DNA of 64,000 bases from Camelus dromedarius (Eukaryota). The position numbers were made by a program, and so were the translations under genes. The notes under the pieces were generated by a model. It was not told the DNA's origin. It saw only the letters and a program-made list of their open reading frames with translations, and made no database searches. Numbering within the stretch: the first letter of the stretch is position 1; every line of letters begins with the position of its first letter. The stretch spans positions 38,566,001-38,630,000 of the forward strand of contig NC_087437.1 of the NCBI RefSeq assembly GCF_036321535.1. The letters run 5' to 3'. Below, in pieces: positions 40,620-53,840 of this stretch.

Positions 40620-42265
40620 CATCTCATAGTGGTACATGGGACTTTGAAGTCAGACATTTTTATTAGAATCCTGGCTCATGTCTGAGACCTTAGGTTGTAT
40701 TTTTCACTTTCACATCTTGGGAAAATTAACTAACTCTTGTGACATCAATTTGATATTCTTTAAATAAAGATAAAACCAGTCACTTCAAGGAATTTTCATG
40801 AAGATAAAATGACATATGCAGGTGTTTGGAAGTCTGACTTACATATTATAATGTTTCAGAAATTATTAGGTATTTTGACTATCGATTCTATGATGATAAT
40901 TATTACTTTGCAAACTATTAGTTTCATTGCAAACATTATTACTTATAAAAAATACAGGATAGCAAAAAAAAGTACCATCAAAAATTATGTAAAATCAAGA
41001 TTAGCATATATTACTTTTGAAATGATTATTCTTAAAGAAGTTAGTAACATGTTTTATAAAAAATAATGCTAAAAATGAAAATCTCAGGATTATCTCAAGA
41101 TACAAATTCCAAGAGGCAAGCAAGTACTCAAGGATCATTACTGAATGTTTATAGTATGCCAAAAAATAAAAAAGAATATAATTCAGAGCATATCTAACAC
41201 ACAATATTCTTAAAAAAAGAAATCATTTGTGATTATGGTATTATAAAGAAGTCAAAAAGAAAAAGTTAATGGCATCTCTTTTGGGTATGTGTCATTCCAA
41301 CTTGATTTATTAAAAATTCTACATAATACACCAATTTTGTAAAAAAAAAAAAATGCCACAACACTCTCAAAGCTATGTAATTCTTCAGTGGCATATATTC
41401 TCATAGTTCACAAAACATTTCCACAAACACTTCCTTGGACCCTCACAAAAACTCTGTGATTTAAGCAACATATGTCTCTCAATATCTCTGAAGCAACACT
41501 CTCTCCATACTCCTACATTTTCTCCAAATAGATAATGTGACAGCAAGCATCACTGCAACATCAGAAAAATAAACACATGGAGCTACCTTATGTTACACTA
41601 AAAGAATGGATTAATTATAATAGTATGTGGCAAAGACTTTTTCCTTTGTCCACTGTAGAAAGCAATATTGACTCTGCCAAATGTTTAGAGAGTACAACTC
41701 AGTTTCAGCATCTGTAAAATATGAATAAAAAATTACCTCTTGATTGTTGCAAAAATTCAGTAACATGCTTGAATGTTTCACATAATAATCTGCAGATAAT
41801 GAGTGCTTCCCCATCCTAGTGTTTTATTTCTCTTCAACAAAACACTAAGAGATTTCAGTTGTGTAGTAAGAATGACTTCATGATAAGGAAATTGAAATTA
41901 TTATATTCTAGCATGGACTATCTATCAGAAGACATCTTTGAGTTTTTATTGCAAATAAATTTCAAATGATACTACCTTCCATGTTAGTAAAACTAGTAGT
42001 GGTAGTAAGTATAGTATTCTCAGCAGAAATAATACTAATTATAATAATAATCATGACTAAATTTTATATAGTGCTTTTTTGTGTCTGATACTGATCATTT
42101 TTATCTTCACAATAACCCTATGAAATAAGCCCTGTTATTATCCTGTCCTAAATATGAAAAAGCTAAGGGACATCACCTTCCCCAAATCAAACTTCTGGTT
42201 CCTGAGGCTGAGATTTGAACCCAGGAAATTTTCACCTCTAGGACTCATGCCCTTTATAATTGTTC
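40620..42265. mobile_element. Scattered MIRs (+ 40620-40850, + 41620-41810, - 42050-42265)
   Basis: ggactttgaagtcagac, ctcagtttcagcatctgtaaaat, gagatttgaacccagg. Confidence 0.7.
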
Positions 42266-43999
42266 TATAGATTATTTATAGTTTATAGAAGCTCTCTAAT
42301 TGAGTTATGATGATATTTTTAGGAAAAAAGACTGTTTTATTATTGCTTAACTAAACAGATGGAATTGCCTGCCTATTTAAGCATTTTTAGGCAGACACAA
42401 TGTGGAATAAACAAATGTGTTTAAATAACAGACATATAAACTCTTTTTTTCTTGTTAGTTTGTTTCCCATTTTCACATAGCAAAATGTAAGGATTTTATT
42501 TCTTGAAGAACAGAAATGTTAAAGTTGACAAATAATTTGGAATAGATAATAATGTGCCTTTTGAGTGCCTTAATTATAAAATGAACATTTGCTTTTCGTG
42601 CATATTCTATTTTATTTTACTGTTTGATAAAGTCAGTAGATATAAATAATGTAGTAATTGTGAGAAGCTTTGCAATTCTGGAGATGATACAACAAATGAA
42701 ATTATCAGCACAATAAAAATTTTTGTGAAGTGTAATGTTTTCCAAATTCTTCATTTTCTATAACAACTATTTTCTGTTGCTCCAGTACAAAGAGAATCAA
42801 CTTTTCTTGCAGATATTAATAGTTTAGACAACTGCAAAGAAAAATTAAGGTGACTTTAGGCTTTTTTCTCCTAGTCACTCTTGTACTGATGATTCTAGCT
42901 TGCAGCAGAAGGTAAAAATATCTTTTGAATTGTTAAACCATAGGTTTACTCTTAACATTGATGAAAATTTCATAGACATATCTTACTACAAGAGTAATTG
43001 TGAGAGAAGATAAGGTGTTATTTTGATTTGCACTTCAAATTTTATATTATAGCAAATATTGCACTACCATTAACATATATGGATATATGTTATGTGTACA
43101 TTAAATTTTTGCTTATTTTAGCTCTTGACAATTTTCCATTTTATTCTAAAAATACATACTTTTTTGAGAAAAACAAAAACATGAAGAGGCAAAAGAACTT
43201 TAAAATGTGTTCTAACTAAGGTGGCTTGATTAGAACATATTTTAATGCACAAGATAAAATAGTGAATTTCAGTGTTTTCCTCTTATATCTCTTGTTCATG
43301 CTAATATTTTCCAAAATTTTAAAAATACTTTAATTTTGAATATCGAAGTTTAAATCTCTATTTATAGAGATATATTTATAACTTAAACATATATTTCTAT
43401 AAATATGTTTAAATGTTTCTATAAATGTATGTTTAAGTTATAAAATTGGAGTTTATGAATTTGTATGCAACTTGCATTTTTATTTAATACTTTTGTAATG
43501 TTTTTCAATATCATTAAATATTTCTAAAAATGAAAGAGACCATGTTATTTCCAAAATTTAGGTGTCAAAAGACAACTGCCCTCTAGATGCTTCAACTGAT
43601 TTTCACTCCCAGTTGCGGTTTGTAAGGAGTCCCTCTCTTTACCTTAGCTAACAATGTGCTTTATCACCAATATAAAAATCTTACTATTGAAGAAAGAACA
43701 ATGAGTGTGATATACTTCTTCATAGTTATGTTTGAGTCACCATATAAGGTATAAATTACAAAATAATGGCAATTATATTTCAGGTATAAAAATTTTTAAA
43801 TGAATATCTAGGAAGTATTAATTTGGTGGTATATATCCCTTCCATTAAGAATTACTATAACCATTGTAACTATAATTTTAAAGGAGATAGAGAGATGGCT
43901 ATATTAAACATTTAGCATTAAAATCCACAAAGGAAACTATGAAGTCCATAGTATACCCAGCATTTGATTTTGTTTGATAATTAAACTGCGGTGGAGCTC

Positions 44000-44285
44000 A
44001 ATATGGAGTTAGTTTTGAAGCTGTGAGTTTTCCTTTGGTGATAATCCATAAGAGGATAAACTGTGGAATGGAGTGTAGAGAGCAGGAGGAGGGACCACAG
44101 GGGATGAGACATAAGGACTCCGGAGGCTGAGAGAACTACTTAACAACTCCAGGAAACCTAGGAGAGCTTGAGAGACCTTGACCTGCAGATTCTAGAAAGA
44201 ACTCTTCCTTTTCACCTTTGGCAGACCATATGATTCTGTTTTGACTTCATAAACTAGAAAATAATAGCATAAGTATGCAATCCAA
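44000..44285 (+). mobile_element. MaLR LTR fragment (MLT1-like)
   Basis: ggactccggaggctgagag...ttttgacttcataaactagaaaataata. Confidence 0.45.
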
Positions 44286-44359
44286 TCTCTATAAGAAATA
44301 GATTAAAAAATACATCAAGATAGAAGCATGATCATACACAAACAAAATAAACAATAATT

Positions 44360-45360
44360 ACTACCATCAAATATTCACTTGGTATTCAAATTTTCACTTG
44401 ACTGATATTTTTGAATCATAATCCAAATAAGATTTTCACATTAGTTGCTGTCTGTTAAAGTCTCTTTTTATCTGTAGCTCCCACCTTGCTCTCTCTCCCT
44501 GCCCCCTCTTACAATTCATTTGTTGAGGACACAGATTTAACTGTCCTGAGAGTTTTCCACTGTCTGGATATTGCTGATTGCGTACATATGGTATGATTAA
44601 CATGCCCTTCTGCCTTCTTTACATCCTGTAAATTCTTAGGTCCACAGGATTTTTTTCTTTTGGACTACTCTGCCATAAGAGCTGCTGTGTTCTTCCATGA
44701 AGAAAGTCATAATGTCCTACAGTCTCTTATTTTGCCTTATTAGTAGCCACTGCTGATCAGTTAATACTAGGTATAGAAAAATAATATTTTAAATCTATCA
44801 TTGTCTTTTGCTGTATGTCTTGAATATATATATATACACACACTTCTTTCTTATCACTATTACCTTTTTAAGCATTTTTTTGCTTTTTTTTCACTTTTCT
44901 AAATCTTTATATCATGTTTTTGATTGTATATATTCTCCATTGGAAATCTTGTCATTTAGCTTTCATTTCAGTCATTATTGTCTTTTATTCACATTTATTG
45001 AATTAATTCATTCAATTTTTATTTTATATTCTTTTATTTGTCCATTTTTAGTCAGATTCTTTCTATTTCTAATCTGTGGTGTTATTTCAATTTTGAAAAT
45101 GCTTAGGTACATTTAATTCTTGTCAGAATGCTGTCTTTCACTTCACCTTTGTTTCTTAGCTTGGTTTAGAGAAATTTTTTGCTTAAAAAATACAATGCTT
45201 ATGCTTTCTTTATTCTTATGGTAACTTTGGTGGGTTCAGTGTTCACATTTTGTCAATGTTTTTGATTATTGTGTATAGCATTCTCTCTCTCCTAGTTATG
45301 CTGTTGGTATTAACTAGGGATGATTTTATTATCTAACTTTTATTGATCTGTAATTTTTTT
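44360..45360 (-). mobile_element. Old L1MC-like 3'UTR and L1/HAL1-like fragments
   Basis: gagagttttccactgtctggatattgctgattgc; T-rich antisense ORF text. Confidence 0.55.
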
Positions 45361-45870
45361 CCCTTGGAGGAAGTGCAGGGATTCAAATTTTAAAAGCTCT
45401 TGAGGTACCAGGAAATTTCACAATAATGTTTTGAAAGGTACAAAGGTGCCATAGTTTAGAAAGAATTCTAAATCACAAAGTCCTCCAGAGAAGAAAGACA
45501 ATTATAAGTTATAAAGCAAAGCTTTTATTGTTAGAATAATTCTTTCTCTCAAAGGCCTTTGAATAGACAGAATATGAAAATGAGAATGTTCTAACTGATA
45601 TAGGCGATATTGCAGTAGAATTTCAGCATGATGAACCTAAAAAAGACAAAGGAGAACTAGGAATATTTTATCAAAAAGCAGAACTTGTATGAGTTAAAAT
45701 GTCTCATTGCTTTAAACATTTAAAATATATATTATTGAAAATAGGTATTATATTAATATTAAAGAAATCAGATAAAATATTTAGAGTTAGCTTATAACAA
45801 TCTTTCTATAATTCTTCTTAACTAGTACAATAGAAAGCTTTTCAACAACTGGAAAAATTGGCCCCTATAT

Positions 45871-46346
45871 TTTCTGTATTTGTGAACGTACTCTGCTGGA
45901 CTAGAATTACATAGCAGGTATGAAGATGCATGGTGCACTTCACAGAAGAACCTAAGACTGTGCAGTTGCTAAAGAGCTGATGGACACCAGGGTTGGTTAT
46001 GCTTTCAGCTCACTGGGAGAGAAAGAAAATGCACTTACAGCAAATCTGACTCATCTAGAGGCTAGTGTGGAGGAGCTAGAAAACCAAGTACTGAATCTGG
46101 AGGATTTGTGTGAGCAATAGAAAGATACAAACTTAGGCATTACTGGAAAATTACAAGAAAAATAAGAGGAATGAACTTGAAACCTTCAGGCTAAACTAGA
46201 TGCAGAACATACCCAGAAGGTTGTGGAGAGGGAGTATACCCAGCAAATGAGGCTAAAGGAGTGGCAGAAATTTTTTGAGAAAGCGTTCGGGCAGGACATG
46301 GAACAGTAATTTTCTACAGGTTACCTGCAGGTCACTGAGAGGGAAG
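45871..46346 (+). pseudogene. DTNBP1: Processed pseudogene of dysbindin-1 (BLOC-1 subunit), 5'-truncated, with frameshifts and stops
   Basis: Manual translation across frameshifts gives YSAGLELHSRYEDAW / ALHRRT*DCAVAKELMD / MLSAHWERKK / TANLTHLEASVEELENQVLNLEDLCEQ / [15 protein letters not shown] / [50 protein letters not shown]. This is colinear with recalled human dysbindin ([25 protein letters not shown]...MLSAHWEKKK...TANLTHLEASFEEVE...[68 protein letters not shown]). No introns. Stops at 45953-45955 and 46307-46309. Confidence 0.93.
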
Positions 46347-46549
46347 GCAGTTGGGAACTCCATAGCTGACTGGCAGCAGGGACCCTCCCCAGGTGTGAAG
46401 AGATGGTAGAGTGCTCTTCAGAATGGAGCATGGAATAAAGTCCTCAGAAGTCCTGTTCTATTATTAGACCCCCAGAATTAAAGTGGATGCATCATGCCAT
46501 ATTTGTCTTGCCATTGTTTTTGCCTCATTCTATAGTTCTAGACTTTAGT

Positions 46550-47000
46550 TGAAGATATTTAGAAAACACAGAATATGAAGAAAAAAAAGTAAAAAAGGCA
46601 AAAGAAACTAAAGAAACTTATCCATAATCCTACAGCACAGAATAATCCCCATTACTATTTTAGTGTAGTTCTTACCAGTCTGTGCATGTGTATATGAGAA
46701 AGAGGGTCTGTTTGAGAGATTCTATTTATGTAATTGTTACAAAAATGTGTGTGTGTGTGTGCGTGTGTGTGCATATATATGGTTTTGTATCTAACTTTTC
46801 TTAATACCTTTTGGGGGTCTTTCTTCCTATATAATTAAAAATTTTTGAAAAACTAAAAATTATCACTGTATCATTTCCATCTCTATGATGTAAAAAGTTT
46901 TTTATTTCATAAAAATTTATTTGTATAATTTTAGATTGATTTCAGATCTTAATAAAATATTAAAATAATCACATATCTTCAGCATTTATATTTAAATTAT
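46550..47000 (-). mobile_element. L1ME-like 3' end containing (TG)n at ~46746-46771
   Basis: atttagaaaacacagaa...tccataatcctacagcacagaataat...ccagtc. Confidence 0.6.
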
Positions 47001-48038
47001 TCTTTATTTGGTATTTAACATGTTTATAATTTTTAAAATATTTAAATATTTAGCCTTATTTTAATTGAATTCTTTATGATCAATTTATTTCATTTATGAT
47101 TTCCAAAAAACATTTGAGGCATAGCTCTAGTACTAAGTTGATATTCAAGAAATAAATATCTAAACTTGTTTTATTATTTTCTTTCAGCATTCAAATCAGT
47201 GAATAAGACATATAATTTCTAACTCTAAATAGTACATAACAAAAAATTCAAGTTATCCAACGAAATTTTAAAAAAGAAAAATTAGACTACATGGTGAGTT
47301 TCAAACATAAAATAAACATTTGGAATAATTATAAGGACCAGAAACCCTAATAAACACACATATGTTAAACTACAAGATTCAAAGTGGAAATTTTTACATT
47401 TTCATATAAAACATATAAATGATAAATAATCAAAATATCCATGTATATCTACATGGATAATGAAATTCATAGAAAGGCACCAGGTTAAATATTATTTAAA
47501 AGCAAACAAGTGTAAAATGTAATGCAAGTTTAAAATTTATAATATATCTCATATGCAGAAAATGTATCTTTCTTCCCAGGTATATAATAACATTAACTTA
47601 GCTAACAAGCTTCCACTTCTACTTGTGATGGAAAAATTAATCTTGCCAACTTCACTCTATTTTGTAGACAGTCTAATTTGGGTAACTATTCTTCCAAATT
47701 CAGGGTTCAGTATCTAATCTTTTACCAATCCAATTATTTGCAGTAGTTTATGTACTGTCCTTAGGGAGGTCTGGAGGATGACTCATCGATTTAATTTACA
47801 CTCTCTTTTGCTCTTCACCTCTGAGTCTCTGTTCCTGCCTGATCTCAGAGTTTTATGACCTGGAATAATGTCCACTGTCACCAATATGGGCTCCATGCAT
47901 GAAGTTCACCCACTCTGCAAACTGCGTTTAGTCTTTTACAGTTAAACAAACCTCCTACAATTTCTATTACCACTGCAGTATTTTAGTCACTGAATTTTTT
48001 TCCTAAGATTCACATGCAGAGAAAGCCATCAGCAGTCA

Positions 48039-48243
48039 CTACTCTATGTTTCAGGAAACATGTCTAATATATATATCTATATCTATATCTATATCTAGAT
48101 ATAGATATATCTCCTAAGAGATTCAAAATCCTTTCTATGTTCTACTCTATGTTTCAGGAAACATGTCTAATATATATATCTATATCTATATCTATATCTA
48201 GATATAGATATATATATCTCCTAAGAGATTCAAAATCCTTTCT
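48039..48243. repeat. Near-perfect tandem duplication (98 bp + 5-bp spacer + 102 bp)
   Basis: Copies 48039-48136 and 48142-48243 are identical except for two extra TA units. Confidence 0.95.
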
Positions 48244-49179
48244 CCAAATCATAAAAGTAAAACAAAACATCCTCTGCTTTCAGATTTTCCTGCTATTTTT
48301 CTGGACTTCTATTAGATTATTGCAATAATTTCTATCACTGGGTGTAAGTGCAGGGTGATAATGTTTCTGGGTCCCTTAAGGGGCCTATCAGCTTTAAAAC
48401 CTAAGGCATGATTACTCGTCTTCTCCCATCTAGTTGTTCAAAAGCTTGTTTATATTTGGTTGGAAAAGGGCTTCTTCTGTCATCACATAGTTGTCCCTAT
48501 TTTATAGATTCAAGAATAAACATTGTAAGCACTGTAAGGTGCTTAACCTGTTGTTAAAAATTTAATTGTCTCCTGCATTCTGTTTGTTCTAAGACTAATG
48601 AAAACAAAGAAAGCATTGTAAAAGTTTAAGGACAGAATGGGAAATTATCTCTTTTAGAAATATATGACAGAAAAAAATAAGAAATAAATGTATTACAAAC
48701 TTTAATTTTTATATACATAACCACAATTGTGCAAAACATATAATACAAAAAGGTAATAGATGAAAAATTAAAATAAAATAGGATATAGAGGAATTAAATC
48801 TCAAATAACTACATATTATAACAGTAGAGATTTGTAAATAGTAAAAAAAGATTTAATTATTTTAACAAACAAGTCAAACTGTCTTGATAATTGATGGATT
48901 AATCCTCATATATTCCAGTAGTTGATGTTTTATTGATCACAGCAATAGGTGTTATTGGGAAAGTAACACTAGTTACTATAATTTGAAAAAAAAACAACTA
49001 AATCACAATGGCTTATTACTGCAAAGCGTTTTCATGTCTCAAGTAAAAATTCATTTTGAATCTGAGATTATATGTGTGTGTCTGCAGAACACATATCTTC
49101 ATCGTCATTGAGTGAATAAATACTATCATTTAGCTCACTGGAATTTTCCATCTATCCTCTTTATTAGATATGTAAATTG

Positions 49180-50200
49180 AGAAAAAGGAAATACAGAGTG
49201 CTCCATGCAAGTCCTTACAGCTCAGTAATAGTAGTGTATGTCACTTTCTTCTACATTTCGTTGGTTGCAACCTAGTACTATGTGTGGTTCAACCTCACTC
49301 CAAAAGGGCACAGGAAATACATTCCGATTGTATTCCCAGGAGAAAGAATATATTGGGTTTTATGAGCACAGGTTAATCTCTAGCAAAATCTAACATTTTG
49401 CCCACCACATGTGTATGTTATTCCCATTCTCTAACTTAGAATATATTTAACCACTTGTTATTGAAGAAACTCCATAATTCCATCTAATTCCTGCCTATAA
49501 TTCACATTTAAAGATCTCTAGAGGATATACAATCTTCTCTGTCAGATGTCAATGTGGATTCCAGTGGTTGGCCAACATAAGAACTAGAAAGTTTTCTACA
49601 CACCTAAACAGTCAAATAACAGTAATGGAGCAGGAAGAGATAGCCACAGAAAAATGAACTAAAAAGAGTAAAACTAGATCAGAGCAGTAACAGGTTACTA
49701 GCAATTCTTAAATCTTGCTGCCATGTACAAGTTTCATTTTAGGCTCTGTCTTGTCTCTGGGAGGAACTGCTGTGTCTGTTTTTTTCTGTTGTTCTTGATT
49801 CTAGTCTTTTGAAGGTTGCTACTCATATGCTAGCTTCTCTGGCAGTAACTGAAATGAACGTTGGCCAGTATCCCCTCATTGCTTACTGGGGAGCCTTCAC
49901 AAGGCTACTAATATATAGAATATTTTAGACCAGGCTCTAAGTTAAAGAACAAAGAAAGGAAGAAAAAGCTAACCTGATTGCTTTGCAGGGTATTAGTAAA
50001 TTTTGGTAACATCTATTACTCAAAAAAACTTCTGTAAGCTTATCTCTTACAGTTTCAGTTCTAAAAATGTCAAAATTTCTAAACATTTTATGATCCAAAT
50101 TGTGGGTCTTCCTCTTTTCCCTTTCTTTTCCTAAGTGACCAATTTTTTCTGAATTTATATCTTATTTTGTAAAGCTTATGAATGTCAATCCATAGTAACC
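49180..50200 (-). mobile_element. MaLR LTR plus internal fragment
   Basis: tgtcactttcttctacatttcgttgg...aagggcacaggaaatac, followed by MLT-int-like text. Confidence 0.5.
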
Positions 50201-50229
50201 AGTTTTCAAACATTTAAAAAATTCTAGCT

Positions 50230-52360
50230 GATTTTCTGTTGATTTCCAGTGTAATTTCATTCTACTCAGGAAAAAAAAATCTTTTTTTGTTTCAAGGTTT
50301 TTAAATGTTCGGGACTTCCTTTATGGCCCATAATATATTATATTTTTGGGATGTCGACCATACTCACTTAAGAAAAGTGGTTTGGTAGTTGTGTTTAAAA
50401 TTATAAATTATGTCAAGTTGACTAATGTTACTTTTCTAAACTTTATATTTATTGATAATTTTGTTCATTTGCTCTATTATTTATTTAACTGTAGTGTGTT
50501 AAAAACCTCCAACTATAATTTTGAATTTATTTCTCTTTTTGAGTCTTGAACTTGTGCTTTATGTATTTTAAAGGTGTCCCATTAGGTTCATGCAAATTTA
50601 GGATTCTTGTGTTCTCTTGAGTGATCCATTTTTTTCATTATGAAATTATTCTCTTTTATTTCTGATAACATTTTCTCATTAAAGTATATTTTGCTATTAA
50701 TATATTTTTCACCATTTCTGGCTAGCTTTTTCATATTTTTTTCCATCTTATTACTTTCAAAGTTTCTGTATTTTTACATCAATGTGTGTCCACTGCAAAT
50801 GCCCCACATTTATTTTTAATACAAATGGTGATATCTTTTTTATATATATAAACTTTTTTTTATTGAGTTATAGTCATTTTACAATGTTGTGTCAAATCCC
50901 AGTGTAGAGCACAATTTTTCAGTTATACATGAACTTATGTACATTCATCGTCACATTCTCTTCGCTGTGAGCTACCACAAGATCCTGTATATATTTCCCT
51001 GTGCTACACAGTACAATCTTGTTTATCTTTTCCACATTTTGAAATGCAAGTCCCTTCCCACCCCCCGCCCCCCTGGCAACCACAAGTTTGTATTCTATGT
51101 CTATGAGTCTGTTTCTGTTTTGTATTTTTGTTTTGTTTTGTTTAGATTCTGCATACGAGTGATCTCATATGGTATTTTTCTTTCTCTTTCTGGCTTACTT
51201 CACTTAGAATGACATTCTCCAGTAACATCTATGTTGCTGCAAATGGCATTATGTTGTCAGTTTTTGTGGCTGAATAGTATTCCATTGTATAAATATACCA
51301 CCTCTTCTTTATCCAGTCATCTGTTGATGGACATTTAGGCTGTTTCCATGTCTTGGCTATTGTAAATAGTGCTGCTATGAACACTGGGGTGTAGGTGTCA
51401 TTTTGAAGTAGGGTTCCTTCTGGATATATGCCAGGAGCAGGATTCCTGGGTCATATGGTAAGTCTATACCTAGTCTTTTGAGGAATCTCCAAACTGTTTT
51501 CCACAGTGGCTGCACCAAACTGCATTCCCACCAGCAGTGTAGGACGGTTCCCTTTTCTCCACAGCCTCTCCAGCATTTGTCATTTGTTGACTTTTGAATG
51601 ATGGCCATTCTGACTGGTGTGAGGTGATACCTCATTGTAGTTTTGATTTGCATTTCTCTGATAATTAGTGATATTGAGTATTTCTTCATGTGCCTATTAA
51701 TCATTTGTATTTCTTCCTTGGAGAATTTCTTGTTTAGGTCTTCTGCCCATTTTTGGATTGGGTTGTTTGTTTTTTTCTTATTAAATCGTGTGAGCTGCTT
51801 ATATATTCTGGAGATCAAGCCTTTGTTGGTTTCATTTGCAAAAATTTTCTCCCATTCCATATGTTGTCTTTTTGTTTTACTTATGGTTTCCTTTGCTGTG
51901 CAGAAGCTTGTAATTTTCATTAGGTACCATTTGTTTATTTTTTGCTTTCATTTCTATTCCCAGGGTAGACTGTTCTAGAACATTTTTGAGATGTATGTCA
52001 GATAATGTTTTGCCTATATTTTCTTCTAGGAGGTTTATTGTATCTTGTCTCATGTTCAAGTCTTTGATCCATTTTGAGTTGACTTTTGTGTATGGTGTAA
52101 GGGAGTGTTCTAGCTTCATTGCTTTACATGCTGCTGTCCAGTCTTCCCAACACCACTTGCTGAAGAGACTGTCCTTATTCCATTGTATATTCTTGACTCC
52201 TTTGTCGAAGATTAGTTGACCAAAAGTTTGTGGGTTCATTTCTGGGCTCTCTATGCTGCTCCACCGGTCCACATGATATCTTTTATTTGGAGTGTTGAGT
52301 CCAGTTATATTTAATATGAGAGCTGACATACTTGAGTATTTTTGTATTTAATTTTTATGT
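50230..52360 (-). mobile_element. Old L1 fragment hosting the younger L1
   Basis: gtgtgttaaaaacctccaactataatt...; resumes after the TSD as ttttatttggagtgttgagtccagttatatttaat. Confidence 0.7.
50840..52273 (-). mobile_element. Young 5'-truncated lineage L1 with 11-bp TSD
   Basis: ORFs 51877-52329 and 51375-51920 encode the ORF2 C-terminus including the CCHC knuckle [21 protein letters not shown] tgatatctttt at 50829-50839 and 52274-52284. Confidence 0.97.
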
Positions 52361-52369
52361 GGTATCATA

Positions 52370-53380
52370 ACCCTGAAGCCAAAAATGGATACAGAAAATG
52401 AAAATATTTACAGTAAAATTTAAATATGAATATAATTATACAAAAAATTATCATACTGAAATTGTTCATTAAATATTATGAGCAAGTAGATTTTGTTTCA
52501 GGAATTCAAGAATGGTGTATTGGGAAATTCCCCCAAATTAAAGATGGCTAGCATAATAGAATCTTGATAAATGAAGAAAAGCATATGATAACCTTAAAAA
52601 CATTTTTGATGTTTTCTTTACAATCACACAATAGAGTAGAAATTACTTACTTTACCTTGGTATCTATTAAAGAACCACAAAAATATCATATTTAATAAAG
52701 AATTAACTGAAAACATTCACCCTAAAGTAAACAAGAAAAGATGCTACTATTTCCTATTAATATTCAACTGTTGGAAGCTCCATGAATTATCAAGAAAATA
52801 AACCCCCAAATTATACATATTTGAAAAGGAAAAAATTATTTAAATAGACATTTAATGAAAATAAGCTAATATGTTTTTCCCTAATAAAGGAGTTTAATGA
52901 GTATTACAAATGCAAAATTCACACACAAAATCAGTAAGTTTTTGATACAGTAGCAATAAAAAAGTTTAAATATAATGAGAGCAGTATCTATCTTAATGTC
53001 TGTGGTGATGTTTTAAAACTAAAATTGGTGACTGTGTACTTGCAAGGAAATTTTTCCCATTCATCAATTTAAGCAAAACAAAGTGAAAATAAAAAATGTT
53101 TAAACACAAAATAATCTAAATTGCTTAAATACTTTGTTTTAACATTATTCTACTTACTTGAAACACATATGCATTCAAAACAAAACTGTATGTGTCATGT
53201 ATGCATATATTTACAGAAAACAGACAAGTTATGAACAACATTTCTTGTTGGAAGATGTGCTTCCATCTGGGGAAGAGAGTGGAATTTGGGGGTGGAAATG
53301 GATCAAAAGATGCATTTGCCTCTTCTGTATTTTTTGATGTTTATGAGAATATAGTTGTGAAATTGAAATTAAGGCATATT
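52370..53380 (+). mobile_element. Old L1 ORF2/3' fragments
   Basis: gagcaagtagattttgtttcaggaattcaagaatgg; aacaagaaaagatgctact. Confidence 0.6.
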
Positions 53381-53840
53381 TCAGTATAGCAGCTTTGATA
53401 AAATTTTCAGTAAAAGCAGAAGATTTTCATACAGGTTTTGAAAGCATTCTGATCATTTAACTGGGTATTTTTACTGGCCAAAATTATTTCAATCACCTGT
53501 ATTATAATACATTTCTCTACCAGCCAATAAAGTTTTATTATCCTTCTTTTATTCTTCTGCTAAATTTTTGTTCTTTATACAGAGTATTTTAGTTATTCTT
53601 GATTTTTGTGCAGGGAAAAAAACCACTCTTGGGCATAAAAAATATTTTTCTTCTGACTGTATAATTAAATAGGAAATTGCAAACAGAGTTACCCTGGTAT
53701 AATAACCTAGCTTTCCTTATCCCTAATGGGCATTCCTAAAAATATTGATCAATAAAGAATTTTTCTAGTAAATATCTTAATCAACTGTTGAATACTCATG
53801 AGTCCTATAAGTTAAATCATCACTGAAGTCTATTTCTTTT

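Noticed and set aside
46575..46620. A-rich run as poly(A) tail of the DTNBP1 retrocopy
   Set aside because: Fits the adjacent L1ME-like fragment; no matching TSD found upstream
51375..52329. Longest ORFs (181 and 150 aa) as a host gene
   Set aside because: They are the frameshifted C-terminus of L1 ORF2 in a 5'-truncated copy. The overlapping plus-strand ORFs are antisense shadows.
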